DNA from: Takakia lepidozioides
Lineage: Eukaryota; Plantae; Bryophyta
Length of the DNA: 64,000 nt
NCBI GenBank assembly: GCA_030704615.1
Contig: CM060731.1
Location: forward strand, 18,662,001-18,726,000
Direction of reading: 5' to 3'
Shown here: positions 49,660 to 63,073 of the stretch, one piece after another
Numbering within the stretch: the first letter of the stretch is position 1
Layout: the number at the start of each line of letters is the position of its first letter
Made by a program: the position numbers and the translations under genes
The notes under the pieces: generated by a model
Database searches by the model: none
What the model saw: the letters and a program-made list of their open reading frames with translations, nothing else
Told to the model about the DNA's origin: nothing

Positions 49660-50202
49660 CCTTTTGGGTTTCTTAGTTTTTATTTTATTTATTTATTTTT
49701 TCATATGGTACTTGGTTAGGGTGTTTGCTTTTCTTTATGGTGCTAGGTTTTGGATTGGCGGTTTTGGTTGTGGGTCTTGGGGTTAAAAGGATAAACGGTG
49801 TAATTATGATTCACATACCCAAAATGTGGTTCAATATGATAATCGCAAAGCGCTGGGTCTCAACAAATTTTTCCATGGTGTGGGCATCCTGAAGATAGAA
49901 CGAGAGGAAGGATTTATTGTCTTGGGCTCTAGCACCATAGGGATGCTCCGCCTTTGGTTACCAATCCAAAAAACACGTCGCCATTGGCGACGTCCTGTAG
50001 TCGCGAGGGCAGCCTGGTGGGGGGGGGGGGGGGGGGGGGGGGGGTTGATTTTGGGGTGAATTGGGAGTGGTTTTTTGTTTTTTGCCTGGTTTTGTTTTTG
50101 GGGATGGGAGACCTTACAAAGCCCCGAGGCTGAGGCATAAGGTTTTTTTGCCAACGGTTTTTGAGAAATAAAAGGGTTGGGGTGTATGTTAATTAGGATG
50201 CG

Positions 50203-50598
50203 ATGGTGAGGAAACATCGACCCGTCTCCCTCGAGGATGGGGAGGTAGTACCACATATCGATTGTGGCCCTAGAGCGACCATTTTTCGTGGCGATGAGCC
50301 ACCCATTGCACCTGATCCAATACAGGCTGCCGGGCACAATCGTAGAAGGGACCGGGGCCAAATTTCAGGTGATGCGGAGGATGTTGACACTCCGGGATCG
50401 AGTCAGGCGCGCCACGGGTTGCCCCCTCGCGGGCCACCCCATCCAACCACGTCCACCTTTGACCCCCCCGATAGGATTGAGTGTTGGTGCACTAAGTGTT
50501 GGGAACGGATACCGTCGGGCGGCACCAGACCACCGAGGCAGCGACCGCATGTTGTCAAAAAACACTACAAGAAGAACAAGATTGTGGATGCGGCATAG
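50203..50598 (+). CDS. Possible CACTA accessory exon (transposase-associated Zn-finger-like)
   Basis: IECWCTKC...VVKKHY resembles the CxCxxC...H transposase-associated motif; GTGAGT donor follows directly. Confidence 0.35.
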   Translation: MVRKHRPVSLEDGEVVPHIDCGPRATIFRGDEPPIAPDPIQAAGHNRRRDRGQISGDAEDVDTPGSSQARHGLPPRGPPHPTTSTFDPPDRIECWCTKCWERIPSGGTRPPRQRPHVVKKHYKKNKIVDAA

Positions 50599-50920
50599 GT
50601 GAGTGTTTTCCCACCCCTCTCATTAACATTCATTAAAGGTACATTTAGGTTTATCTAATAATATAGTATGATTGGTAAGCATATCAAAATTACGACATAA
50701 GTATTGATGTGTCGTTCACTACGCACATTGCAGCCTTGACTTGATGCCCAAGCTCGCAATCACATTGCACATGAGGCATTTCGTGCCGGTCTACTTGCAG
50801 AATTTGTGCCAGAGCATGTGCCCGATGTGACCAGTTGGTTCCCCCAACAGCATGTAGATGAGATGCGTAGGGTCGAGGGATATCGTAGGTGTCGTAGGCA
50901 TTATGGCCAGCGACGAGCAG

Positions 50921-50960
<40 letters not shown>

Positions 50961-52342
50961 TTCCTCAGGCGTCCCCCTGATTGTGGCCTTCCCCCCCCCC
51001 CCCCGTCTGTTTCTTTGCCTGATCCGGACGTTGTACCCCCGGCTGCACCTCCGACATTACATCCTCAACCACCTCCACTTTCATCTCCTCCGCTAGCAGT
51101 ATCACCTCCACCTCCATCCACCACCACCTCTACCTCCACCTCCACCTCCACCTCCACGTGCATGTCCCCCCCGAACCCCTAGGAGGGGTCGGCTTCGCCC
51201 TAGGTCGGCTTTCGCCCTAGGTTTCCTCCCCTTCGGCTTGGGCGGCCTGAGCCGGATCCTCGCCCCGATGGGAAGCGCATAGGACTATGTTACTGAGGAC
51301 CGTCCAGTCTCGTTGTTGGGGGAATCATCTCGACCCTCCCACCCCCATCCAAGAAAATGTGGAGTTCGAGTATTGGGGGGGAGGGTATGTTGTGAGAGCC
51401 GCTACAGACCTGCTATGGGTCGGGGTTTATTCACGGTCAATGATATTGTGGTTCCTCCTCGGAGAAACAACATGGTGGACTTGTTTCCCTACTACGGTCC
51501 ATACTACACCTCCGCGGAGTTCCAAGTGAGGTTCGCCACCTCACTTGGCACATGGAACCAAATGAAGTCCCAATGCCAACAAAATACAAATATAAATGTA
51601 TAATGTCCTAATTAGCTAGAAATAATTATTTCTAACTAATCACAAACAAAACCATGACATCCAGGACAAACCTGTTCCGATTCTCCCTTAGTGTCAACAA
51701 TATATTCCCTGGCCCAGAAGAGTGAGTGAGCAACTCAAGAGCCCTATCCGGGAGCAAATACATGTGGAGGTGCAGTATAGTTATGGTAGTAAGACCTCCA
51801 GAATTCGCCGCAGCAACATCCCAGGATGAAGAGACGAACACTCCGTCTTCCAGGTCTATCTCGCACAACATGTATCCAATGTTGTCCACTGGTAGGCCTC
51901 ACCCAAAGAGAATCCCACAGAAGTGCTCGGAAACTCGTCACCCTGCGTGTACCTTCACTGAAGTCCAACGCCACCATAATGTCTCCCATCACCGGCTCAC
52001 GGCAATCGCGAACCTCGAATCCCGCTCCGTCGAATGCAGAAGTCATTTACACAGGGCGGCATTGAGGAAGTGTGCGCCCACCGGGAATGGAGAGGGACAA
52101 GTAATCACTGTAGTGTTTCAACACGGAGATGCAAACATTGAAAACCCACTGCGGAACACCCTCTCACGTGATCTTCTCTGGGGCAACAGCAATACGTGCC
52201 CCCATTGGCCGGCAACGGCTATCCACACAGGCGATCGAGAATGACTGGTGCTAGAAGGGGCTAGACAGAAAAGGTGCCACGACATTACGGGAAGAAATTG
52301 TGCTAAAACCACCGGCGTCCTAAAACCACCGACCTTGGCTAG

Positions 52343-53667
52343 CGTATTTTATGGCGCAGGACGGGCTATTTCGGCGCCGAAATACCCAAGTGGAATGTGC
52401 TGAAGTGCCTTGTGCTGAAGGCTTCCATCGTGCTATTTCGGTGCAGTAATTCCTACGTGGAATTTTATAAGGCCCATATTATGAAGGCGCACACTGGGCT
52501 ATTTTGGCGCCGAAATTCCAAATATGAATGTTAGAAACGACAGTGTTTTCATGGCTTCTAGTTCACGGTTCGCTGGTGTGCATAAATTACTTGTAGGGTT
52601 TTTTACTTTACTTTGCGTCTCTTCTGCTTTTATTATTACATTGTGGTTTGCGGAAGAAATGTTGGGAATCGGACATGCACAGTCTAAACACAATGATTTC
52701 AAAAATCGTCAATATTTTCATTAAGTGATTCAGAACTGTACAACAGAAGGATCCAAATGAGACTTTGCTATGGCGAGGATCCGCGATCACTGTCCAATGC
52801 ATCCCCAGCCTCATGCAAGGATGGCTGCCATCCACCTACCTCCGAACCTGCACTGCTGCTACCGCTGTTACTCTGAGAAGCCCTCCCCTCAAAAATACCA
52901 TCCTCACCAGCTGGAACTGTCCACCTGGGTGCGGAACTGTCCTCATCATCCCCCTTGCTCTCAGACGCGGATTCTATGACGAACTTGCCTACTCTGCTTT
53001 TCACAATTCCATGTTTGGCCTCACGCCTCATTATAATTCTCTGCTCCTTCCCGAATATCAATTGCTCAAACTGAGTAGGCCTATCCTCCCTCCTGATGGC
53101 TTCTCTGGCAGCCGTGTCTACATAGGGTGGTAGAAAAAACGGCTTCTGGGGACTCGCGAGAAACTATTTTCTGGCAAAGAATGGCCGATGCGATTCTGTC
53201 TCCTCCTCTGCAACAGGGTCCGATTCGGGCAAGTCTCCTAGCATTTCCTCGTCGGACGACTCTGCAAGGCTGAGTGTATGCACAAACAGAGAATGAAGCA
53301 CATTAGAACATTCAAACAGGGAATCATCGGCAGGTTGCATGGTCCCTACAACCGAAACCAATACACTTACTATGGTGCAACTCACTTGAAGACATGCATT
53401 GCAGGAAGCGGCTTCGGGCGCCCTTGCATCGGACGAATTTCCTGGACTTCCTCCTCATTCTCTTCCTCCTCCCCTTCCATGTCCTGTTTAGCGTTGTTGG
53501 GATCCTCAGTAGGAGGCAGACGCTATAGGCCCGCCAAATTGAAATCGTACAAGGCCGTATCCCCTTCAAATGAGAACATAAATCGGTTGGACATCATTCC
53601 CGCCCACATACAGGCACCTGCGAATTCATACGACACAACCAAAGCCAAAGTCAAGAATGACTCGCTT
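52343..53667 (-). mobile_element. Fragment of an A-family MULE (last two exons of the fusion gene plus right subterminal palindromes) inside the CACTA region
   Basis: Reverse complement closely matches ~27137-28457. Confidence 0.9.
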
Positions 53668-54439
53668 TGCTGAGCGTGCGACGCCAATCCCGCGGAGCGT
53701 GTTTGCGACGCTGGGCCGTCGCCACCTGGCCGTCGCACGGGCGGATGAAGGGCAAAAGACAGCCCTTCCGTGCGACGCCCAAGCGTCGCCCCCCCAGCGA
53801 AGGGCAGAAGGCAACCCTTTCTGGCGACGGCCAGTCGTCGCACGCCGAAAAAAAAAACCTTTCTTGCTCTTTATTTCATCGCAGCCCTTTCTTGCGACAC
53901 ATGGTGGCATGAAGGGCAAAAGGCCCCTGCGACGGCCAGGCGTCGCTAACTGCCCGGCTGCCCTATTCTTGCAAAACAAAAACCAGGTCATAGTTTGAGA
54001 CGGCTGGCCGTCGCCGTTTGCGACCCCCGGCCTCATAAATCCTAAAAACCACGTCGCAGGTGGCGACGCGTGGGGGTCGCAGGCAGCGACGACATGACTT
54101 TCTAGGTTTAGGTTTAGGGCCTTTGGGGGTTCTTAGTTTTTTTTTTTTTTTTTTCATATGGTACTGGGGTAGGGTGTTTGTTTTTCTTTATGGTTTAGCT
54201 TGTTGTTGTGGACCTTCTTGTAGATTGTGACATTCATTTTGATAATTCTCTTGATACCACATCTGTATGTGTTGTTCCAACATATTCATTGCCTCTGCCT
54301 TCTTTTTTGAAAGACCACCAGCCACAACCATATTTAATCAATCATAGAAATAAAGTACAGTATGCGTGTATATGTACAATCAATCGAAGGGATGGGTCCA
54401 GTTCAGTGCGAGAATTGTTATGTAGCTTTGATTTTGTGT

Positions 54440-57416
54440 CTAATCAACTTGAACATCATCATCCGGAGCTTCTTCATCCTCATCAAGCTGCAAGTCTTCT
54501 TGGTCATTGGAGTCATCATCATAAATGGCCCGGCCCTCAAAAGGCACCTCCGAATCATCCTCCACCTCGTTGTCAATGGCCGTGTCTTCGTCTCCTTCTC
54601 CAACATCCATATCTTCTAGAGCTTCATTATATAGGGTCCAAGATGCATTGTCCAGGGCGTCATCATCCTCTTCTACCCCCTCTACCCAACCTCCATCATC
54701 AGCATCATTATGACCAGTCTCTCCGTCCACCGCAATTGCCTCACCCCATGGAGATCCAAGACCATGATAGATACGTCTTCCTCTTGGCTGAGCATGCACA
54801 ACCACCTTCCAATTCTCCCCTCTTGTTTTGTCATCGGAGAAGAAAACTTGCTCCATGTCTGAAGGCCGTGAAAAAGGCTCATCGAAGGGACGATGAGTAG
54901 GGTTGAGCCTATCTGCATTGACGCGCATGAAACCACAATCATCTTGCACTAGTGTTGCGGAGGGCCCCACAAGATGTGGCTGGAACCACCTTCCCTTGAA
55001 GAGAAGAGGTCGGTACCTTGTATACTGAAGTTGGAGTATGCTCTCAAGCTCTCCAATGTACTCAAGTTTGCTCATAGCAGGTCGTGTATCTCCCTTGCCC
55101 CACACGGAGTCTTGCCAATATGTGGCACACAAGCCAGAATCAAAGGTTGTTTTGCGCTTCATGTCAAGAGCACGAATGCGGAAATGACGACCGTGAACCC
55201 AAACCGCCGTGTATGAGGTCGCGAATTGAGAGGGGCCCCTTGCAATGTCTTGCACCAAATTTGAAACCACCTCTCCTTGAGCAATGGCGTCATAAACTGA
55301 AGTCCGAAGCCACTGTTGGAATGAACTTAGAGGCTGCAATTCCATGGGCAAATTTTGTGAAAGAACATTCCGGCGGCCCGTTCCTCGTCGTGGGCGTCTA
55401 GTAACCGGCCTTGGATGGTTCCGCCTCCATGCAAGCGTCTCATCCTCTCGTTGTTGAATAGGATTATTGTATCTTGTCTCCCATTCATGTATGGATGGGG
55501 TGTTCTTCAGTATGAAGTCATGTGCTTGCTCAATCACCAAGGTCGGCAATTTTACCCTCTTCGATTTTTTGGGCAAAACGATGTCCTTGGTTCGTGCATC
55601 CTCCTCTTCCTTCCACATCCGAGGGGCTTCCTCATCCACCCTTTGCCATGTACTCTGTGCAATAGAACATAGCTTCTTGCAACGTATACCCCTCCGCCAT
55701 GCTACCCTCCGGGTGCGCCATTTGTCTTACAAATCCTTTCAAAGGCTTCATATAACGCTCAAGGAAGTACATCCATCGAGAATGAACGGGGCCGGCAATC
55801 GAAGCCTCTTCCACTAAGTGCACTACCAAGTGCACTTGGATGTCAAAGAAGGAGGGATGAAGGTGCATCTCCAACATACACATTACCTCCGCCGCCTCCT
55901 TCTTCATGCGTGGAAAATCTGCTTCTTCAAACTCTTCGGAGCAAATCCACCAGAACAAGCCTCCCAATCTATAGATTGTCTCACGAACCTCGGGAGTCAA
56001 TGTCCCACGTACTGCAATGGGCAAGATGTCTTGCAATAGATTGTGGTAGTCATGAGACTTCAAACCATGGACCCCGTCTTCTTCGCTGAACTTCGTACGG
56101 AGGGATGACCCATAACCAGTTGGTGTTCGGACAACACTTATGGTGGCTATCACTTTCTTGTATTCCTCCTTTGTCCATTGCCAAGGTGCGCGCCTATACT
56201 TCCACTGTACAACACCCTTTGGGTCCACACCATTTTGTTCGGCCCATAGATGGCGCATGCGACCCTGCTCCTCAAGCTCCTTTCTAACACCGAGAGAATC
56301 TCTTTTTGCAGCCACTCCCTTCTTTGCCGGCGTGCCATGAAGAACTCAAAAAAGGGACGAGCAGACATTTTTCTCAATATGCATGGGATCTAGAAGATGA
56401 CGAATCTTCAGGTCCTACATATATCCCCACCCACAAAGACTTACACAAATTTTTTTACGTGAAAGTGACAATGCAAAGCATACCAAATGTGCAATATCAC
56501 ATGCATGCATAGGGATATTGACGGTGTTTTTGTGGAATATGTACCGCCCAATATGGCAACTCGTAGAAGATTGAAAGTCGTTTCATGCCAGGCACGTCCA
56601 CTTCACCGTCCGTGCCTGCATGGGCCTCCTTCCATCGATCCTCCCAAAACTACCCGGACGGTGTCATAGGGAGGGGGGGGGGACGTACTTCCTCTTTGCC
56701 ATCAAATAAGTGTTTCTCTCTTCTTCTCCATCGATGGCTCATAGGAAGAAATTTGCGGTAGTTGGGATATATCATCTAGTGAAGATGGCGGGAGCTATGT
56801 GCATCAAGATCATCGCCACAATGCAAGCATGCATGGTACCATTTGGTGCTTAGCCCCGAGCAAACAGTTAGTCCTGTATTACACATCTCGCCACATTAGC
56901 AAAAACAAAAAGTTGTCATGTGCATGGCCCATAATGCCATCTACCCCACTACGGTGCACAAGACTGTCGCCGCTACTTCAATCAATCCCAATCCAATTCG
57001 ATATTATCCGGCATTGACAAGTGAATGTACGCGGGTTGTTCATGGGGAAAATAATATACTTGGATAATCATGCATTGTCCAAAGCAAGATGTCTCTCATC
57101 TGAAAAGATTGTCCGGCCATAGGGTCAAGTGAAGCATCCAATGCTGAGACTCCCCTCCATAGCTCCTTAAGTTCATCAATAAGAGGTACGTGTCCATGTT
57201 TGTCACTTGTTTTTTCCCTATGAGACATTCACATCATTGTTTCAATGCTCCACCAATATGCAAATTATACTACAAAATGAATTACACGTCTTATTCCATG
57301 ATTATGTCACTCATCAATCTTGCATCCGAAGCGTCAGAGATCAGAAGTTTAATGTAAAGTCTAAGACAATAATAAACATGAAATGAGTACATTCACCTGG
57401 CACAATGGTAGCCAAC
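54440..57416 (-). pseudogene. CACTA transposase (Transposase_21 / DUF4218 / DUF4216-like), 5'-truncated and disrupted
   Basis: PLIDELKELWRGV...LLWTMHDYP; GLKSHDYH; FFDIQVHLVVHL; GPVHSRWMYFLERYMK; PEGSMAEGY; DEPF...QVFF...WKVV. Confidence 0.9.
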
Positions 57417-60400
57417 AAGAGTGTACAGTCTCGCCTCCTATATATACTGGCTACTAGGAGGTTCCCTAAGAAGCTTCCCCAAAGGAGGTTTCTTGATGGA
57501 GAAGTTTCCTTAAACAAAGGAGGTATCTTGATGGAGAAGTTTCCTGAAAAGGAAGCTTCCTGAGCAGTTTCCCAAGTTACTCTCAGTAATTTGATAAACT
57601 CTCGGTAACTTGATAACTAATGGTAACTTATGGTAAATCATGGTAGATCATGGTGTATCACGGTAATTTTCGGTAACATGGTAACTTGGTGACTTCTGAT
57701 ATTTACTCCTGGTAAGTTCCTCTTGGCTATGTCCGTGACATCACCCCCTCCTCTAGCGCCGAGTTCCTCGAGGAGCGGTAAAATCTTGGACTTGCTTAGA
57801 GTTGGAGAACCTCCCTCCTTAGTGTGTATCAGATACACTGAATATGGAGTCTTCACCTTGAAGTTAACTTGGCTGACATCATTATTGTGACGTCTTATTG
57901 ACGTGTAGCTCGGGGCTTAGCTGGATATCGTTGATGAAACTCTTGGACTTTGTCAGATGCATGATGAAGGTTCCCACGTTCGTTCGTTCGTTGATGTCGT
58001 AGCCTTTCCAATGTACGAAATACTCAAGATGTTTATACTTGATGCGAGAATCTAGGACATTGTCGACTTCATACTCGATTTTCTGATTGACTTCGATTGG
58101 TGGAGGTGGTACGGAGACTCTCCCTGGAATATTCGATGGATGATACGACTCCAATAATGAAACACGAAAGACTGGATGGATGCGCATACTTCGTGGGAGT
58201 TCAAACCGAAAACTGACCGGATTTATTTGTCGAATAATTTTGAATGGTCCCAGGTGTTGATAATCTAACTTCCTTGATGGTCGCGAGGTTTGTATGTCCC
58301 GAAGAAGCCACACACGATCTCCGACCTTGAACTGGGGTTGGAATTGGCGATGTTGATCTGCATACTCATTGTATTGTTTCTGAGCTTTTGCGAGGTGGAA
58401 TGAAAGCTCCTTGGGAATCGTAGCAAGATGAGTAGCAAGGTTTCTGCAGCAGGGCTTCCAACAGTCTTCATGTGGAAATGGTTGCTCGAGGATGATGACC
58501 ATAATTGGAGAAAAATGAAGTTTGCTTGGTCGAAGAATGTATAGTGTTGTTGTAGGCAAACTCAGCCAATGACAGAAGGTCCGTCCAATTATCTTGGTGA
58601 TAATTTATCGTACAACGAAGATACTGCTCCAAAATCTGGTTTACACGTTCGGTTTGACCATCAGTCTGTGGGTGATTAGCTGTAGAGATGTTGATCTTAA
58701 TATCCAATATGTGAAATGATCCCCTCCAGAAATTTGATATGAACTGTGATCCTCGATCAGATACGATGTCCTACAAGAGTCCATGAATGCGATAGATATT
58801 ATTGAGGAAGAGTCTTGTAGTTTCCTCGCCGGAATGAAATGGGCCATCTTCGTAAAATGATCTACAATAACAAGGATTGAATTGGTGGTCTCAGAAATTG
58901 GAAGGTTCGTAATAAAGTCCATGGACACGGACGACCATGGACCCTTGAGAATGGGTAATGGTTGAAGAAGGCCGTAAGGTCGATGTCGTGGTCCCTTCGC
59001 TATAGCCCACGTGTCGCAAAATTTTATAAATTCTTTTACGAGTTTCCACATCTGCGGCCACCAATAGTCCCTGGATATCAATTCCATTATTTTGTTGAAG
59101 CCGAAATATCCTACAGCCGGAAGATCATGACATGTTTGAAGAATTCGAAGTCGTGTAGGTCCTGGAGGTACATAGAGAAGTCCCTTGAAATAAAATAAGC
59201 CATATTTGAATTCGAAGTCGTTTGTAACATGTGGGTTGTCTCGAGGTCGATTTAGTTGACTTTGTAGTTTCGTAGCAAATTGGTCGCTCTTCATCGCTTC
59301 CTGAATCTCCTTTATGATCTCTGCATCGTCATAGGTGGACATGGATAACATATTCAATTGGAGATTTGCTGGTTTCAAGATGATGGATTTGTGTTGGTCG
59401 AAAGCTGCCTCCATTTTTTTCGGCGCAAGATACGATCGTCAAGAAAGAGCATCGGGGTTCCCTTGAAGATGTCCGGGGCGATAGGTAATGACAAAATCAA
59501 ACCTTGCTAGTGACATACCCCATCTTGCTTGACGTCGATTCAAAACACAAGCACTCATAAAATATTCGAGGTTTTTGTGATCGGTGTAAACAATGATCTG
59601 ATGTTTAGCTCCCTCCAATAGATGACGCCACTCCTCAAAAGCATCGATGATCGCTAGAAGTTCTTTGTCATGGATTTCATAATTGATCTTTGTAGCGGAA
59701 AATTTGCGAGAACGAAAACCAACAAGGTGAAGTCGGCCATCCGTACCGTATTGAGAGAGTAGAGCGTCAAGTGCAAAGTCCGATGCATCTACTTCCAAGA
59801 AGAATGGTTTAGATGGGTCTGCATGTACCAGTATTTGAGCCGTTGTAAATGCCTGCTTCAGTCTTTCAAATGCCTGGTCAGCCTTCTCGTCCTATACAAA
59901 TTTTGTCCTTCCATGTGAGTCGCGTCAATGGTGCAGCAATTTTGGAGTAGTCATTGATGAAGATTCTATAGAAATTTGCAAATCCCAGAAAACATTGTAC
60001 ATCTCGGACCGAAGTTGGTTTAATCCACTCGATGATGGTTTGTATTTTCTTCTGATCCATAAAGACGCATTTGTCGGAAATAATGTAGCCCAAAAATTCG
60101 ACCTCAGATTGATGGAAAAGACATTTTTTCAACTTGACATATAGTCCTCTTTCTCTTAATTTATCAAAGACAAGGCGTACATGACGGCCATGTTCTTCTT
60201 CATTATGTGAAAATATCAAAATGTTGTCCAAATAGATGACTACAAAGTCATCTAAAAATTCTCGAAAGATGTCATTCATCATATGTTGAAAAATTGCTGG
60301 AGCATTTGTAAGACCGAAATGCATAACACTGTAGTCAAAATGTCCATACCTTGTTCGAAAAGTTGTTTTTCATTCGTCTCCTTCTTTTATCTGTACAAGG

Positions 60401-63073
60401 TTATAAGTTCATCTCAAGTCAATTTTGGTGAAAATCTTCGCTCGTCCCAGCTGGTCGAGAAGCCCAAAAATCAGCGGCAACGGATAACGATTCTTAATTG
60501 TGACTTTGTTGAGACCGCGATTCTACACACATGCGTAATGATCCGTCCTTCTTTTTTACAAACAAGATAGACGCCCCCGTAGGTGATTTTGAATGTCGGA
60601 TGAAGTGTTTCGACAAATTTTCATCAATGTATTCATGTAATGCAGTCAACTCCGTTTGGGATAAGTTATAGATTGGGCCGAATGGTGGTTGGGCTCCTTC
60701 TTGTAACTCAATTGCACAGTCACAAGGTCGATGTTCTGGCAATATGTCTGCATTTTTCTTCTCAAAGACATCCTTGAAATCTTGATATTGAGTGGGTAAT
60801 TGAAGTACTTTTGTCTGTTGTGGTCTTGATCGGAGTCGCATAAAGTGCAAATGTCGCATCTTTTTTGGTAGCTCTCATGAAAGCTCTAGCTCCAAGGAAG
60901 AGGGGTTAAATACCTTTGATATTTCTACATTTTTGTCTTGCAGAAATTTTTCGATGTCAGGATTGTGAAGTACGAACCAGGGAAGTCCAAGAATCACAGG
61001 ATTCGTTGGAGACTGGATGACATTGAAAACAATATGTGATGTTTGATCTTTAAGCTTCACTTCAAGTGGTCGAGTTTCATGGTCCACATTTCCTGATGCT
61101 AACAGTCGTCTATCGATGACTTCAACGGGGGCCGAAAGTTTCTTCTTTACGAGCATTAAATTGTGTTCATTCACAAAGTTTTTGTCCATAAAACATGTTG
61201 AAGCTCCTGAGTCCAAAAGTGCTTCTACAGAGATATCTCGATTTTGCACTCTGATTTTTACCGGAACTGTGAAGCAAGGTGCAAGGTCTAGAGGTAGAAA
61301 AAGACATTTTTTCGGTGAAAAATTTGTGGTGTCCAGCCGCATGGTCCCTATTGCGACTGGATATCTTTGTCTTCTGACCTCCTCGTATCAAACACCCCGA
61401 GCTTTGAATCTTCTATTGTTTGGGCAGTTTAATGTTATGTGATCTTCTTCTTCGCAATAGAGGCATAATCCATTCGAGCGTCGTCTTTGTTTTTCTTGTG
61501 GCGTCAATGGCTTGAATCGGACAGCATCAATCTGCATATGATCACTACCGGATGTCTGATGGATCGTTGTGTTTGGTGCCGTAGTAGCGGCGGCATGATG
61601 CGTCATCAACCATCCAGATCGCTTCTCTTGACGTCTTTCGAACAAACGATTATCGCATGCAATGACTTGGGTAATGAATTCACTCAGTGTGCTCACGTTT
61701 GGCATTGTCAGCAACAAATCTTTTACATCCTCTTTTAGCCCACATCAAAACTGACTAATGAGGCTCTTCTCATTCCAGTCGAGGTCGCACGCAAGTTGTC
61801 GAAATTCGGCAGCATAAACGGAAGCTAGACGTGCTTATTGTCGAAGATTTCGCATCTTTGTCTCTGCAACTCATTCTCTATCATTCTCTCCAAACGTTGC
61901 AGTGAACTCGGACATGAATGCTTCAAAATTATATAGTAAATGCAATTTTATTTTCTAATAGCGGTGCAAACCAAGATAGGGCAGAAGGGTGCCCACGAAT
62001 CCCACTTGAATACCTTCATCGGGGTAGCGTTGTGGATGTAGTCGTAGGAACAGTCGTACTTGTTGAATAAAATCGCGAAATCTTGTACTCGTCCCATCAA
62101 ATTTCTCGGGCATGCTGATCTTTGGTTCTCTCGTAATCTGTTGAAGATGAACCGTTGCATTATGAGCTGTTGTAGTAGGGACTCGTATGATTGAAGACCA
62201 TTGTTCGACTCCTTTAACTCTGAAATTTGTTGTTGCAAATTGTGGAGAGCGTTGCCAAGATCTTGAGACTGATCGGCTTGCAATTGGGCGGTAGAGGTAC
62301 AAAGTTCTTGCATTTGGTGCTGAAGACTCTGCAATGTGGCAACCATTTCCGCAAATGTATCTTCCATCTTAACTAACTAAGGAACAAACTTTAGTATCGC
62401 CAAACTGTCAAGGACGAGAACATGACTGAACACAAACAAGAGATCAGACTAGAGGTACAAGACTAAACAAGAAGTCAAGGTCGGCGTGGCCGAATGCATG
62501 GTGGGTAAACATGAATCAAGATGATCTTTATAACAATGGACAAGAGTACAAGATAATAGAACTCGACTCGAATACGAGAATGCTGGAAACTGGACTGGGG
62601 TACCAGATACTAGAAACTGGACTGGGGTACCAGATACTAGAAACTGGACTAAGACGCAGATGTATTTGCTTGCATTTGGCCTGAAGGCGGACGGAGGCCG
62701 CCAACATCCACCACCTCCGCAATTGTGCTTCAAGCTAGACTGGAGTACTGGGACTGGGAACAAGAGTAGTTTGAACTTGTGTTGGCGAGACTGAAGAGTG
62801 TCCAGTCTCGCTCCTATATATACTGGCTACTAGGAGGTTCCCTAAGAGGCTTCCCCAAAGGAGGTTTCTTGATGGAGAAGTTTCCTCCAAAGGAAGCTTC
62901 TTGAGTAGTTTCCCAAGTTACTCTCGGTAATTTGATAAATTCTCGGTAACTTGGTAACTAATGGTAACTTATGATAAATCATATGGTGTATCATGGTAAC
63001 TTTCGGTAACATGATAACTTGATAACTTCTGGTATTTACTCCTGGTAAGTTCCTCTGGGCTATGTCCCTGACA
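57417..63073 (-). mobile_element. Chromoviral Ty3/Gypsy retrotransposon (Tcn1-like), decayed; 5' LTR 63073-62406, truncated 3' LTR 57740-57417, PPT ~57743-57754
   Basis: LTR pair with TG/CA ends on the 5' copy. gag (PEKFDGT, CLYC..H...CP), protease LLDSGA, RT YLDN, RNase H, integrase, chromodomain YEVDNVLDSR..EYFVHWKGY. Confidence 0.9.
57882..62367 (-). pseudogene. gag-pol of the chromovirus, with many stops and frameshifts
   Basis: Series of collinear ORF fragments covering gag, PR, RT, RH, IN and CHD. Confidence 0.88.

Larger units (their letters stand above)
49366..57416 (-). mobile_element. Truncated CACTA (En/Spm) element
   Basis: Possible terminus CACTTAGGGAAAAAA at 49366. GCGACG/CGTCGC subterminal repeats at 49400-49630 and 53670-54095. 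TnpD-like transposase on the minus strand. Confidence 0.7.

Noticed and set aside
50563-50575. CACTACAAGAAGA as a CACTA terminus (also CACTACAA at 63963)
   Set aside because: No adjacent subterminal repeats or partner TIR; the first lies within a plausible reading frame.
50017-50960. Long poly-G and poly-C runs as functional G-quadruplex elements
   Set aside because: Homopolymer lengths are unreliable and there is no supporting context.
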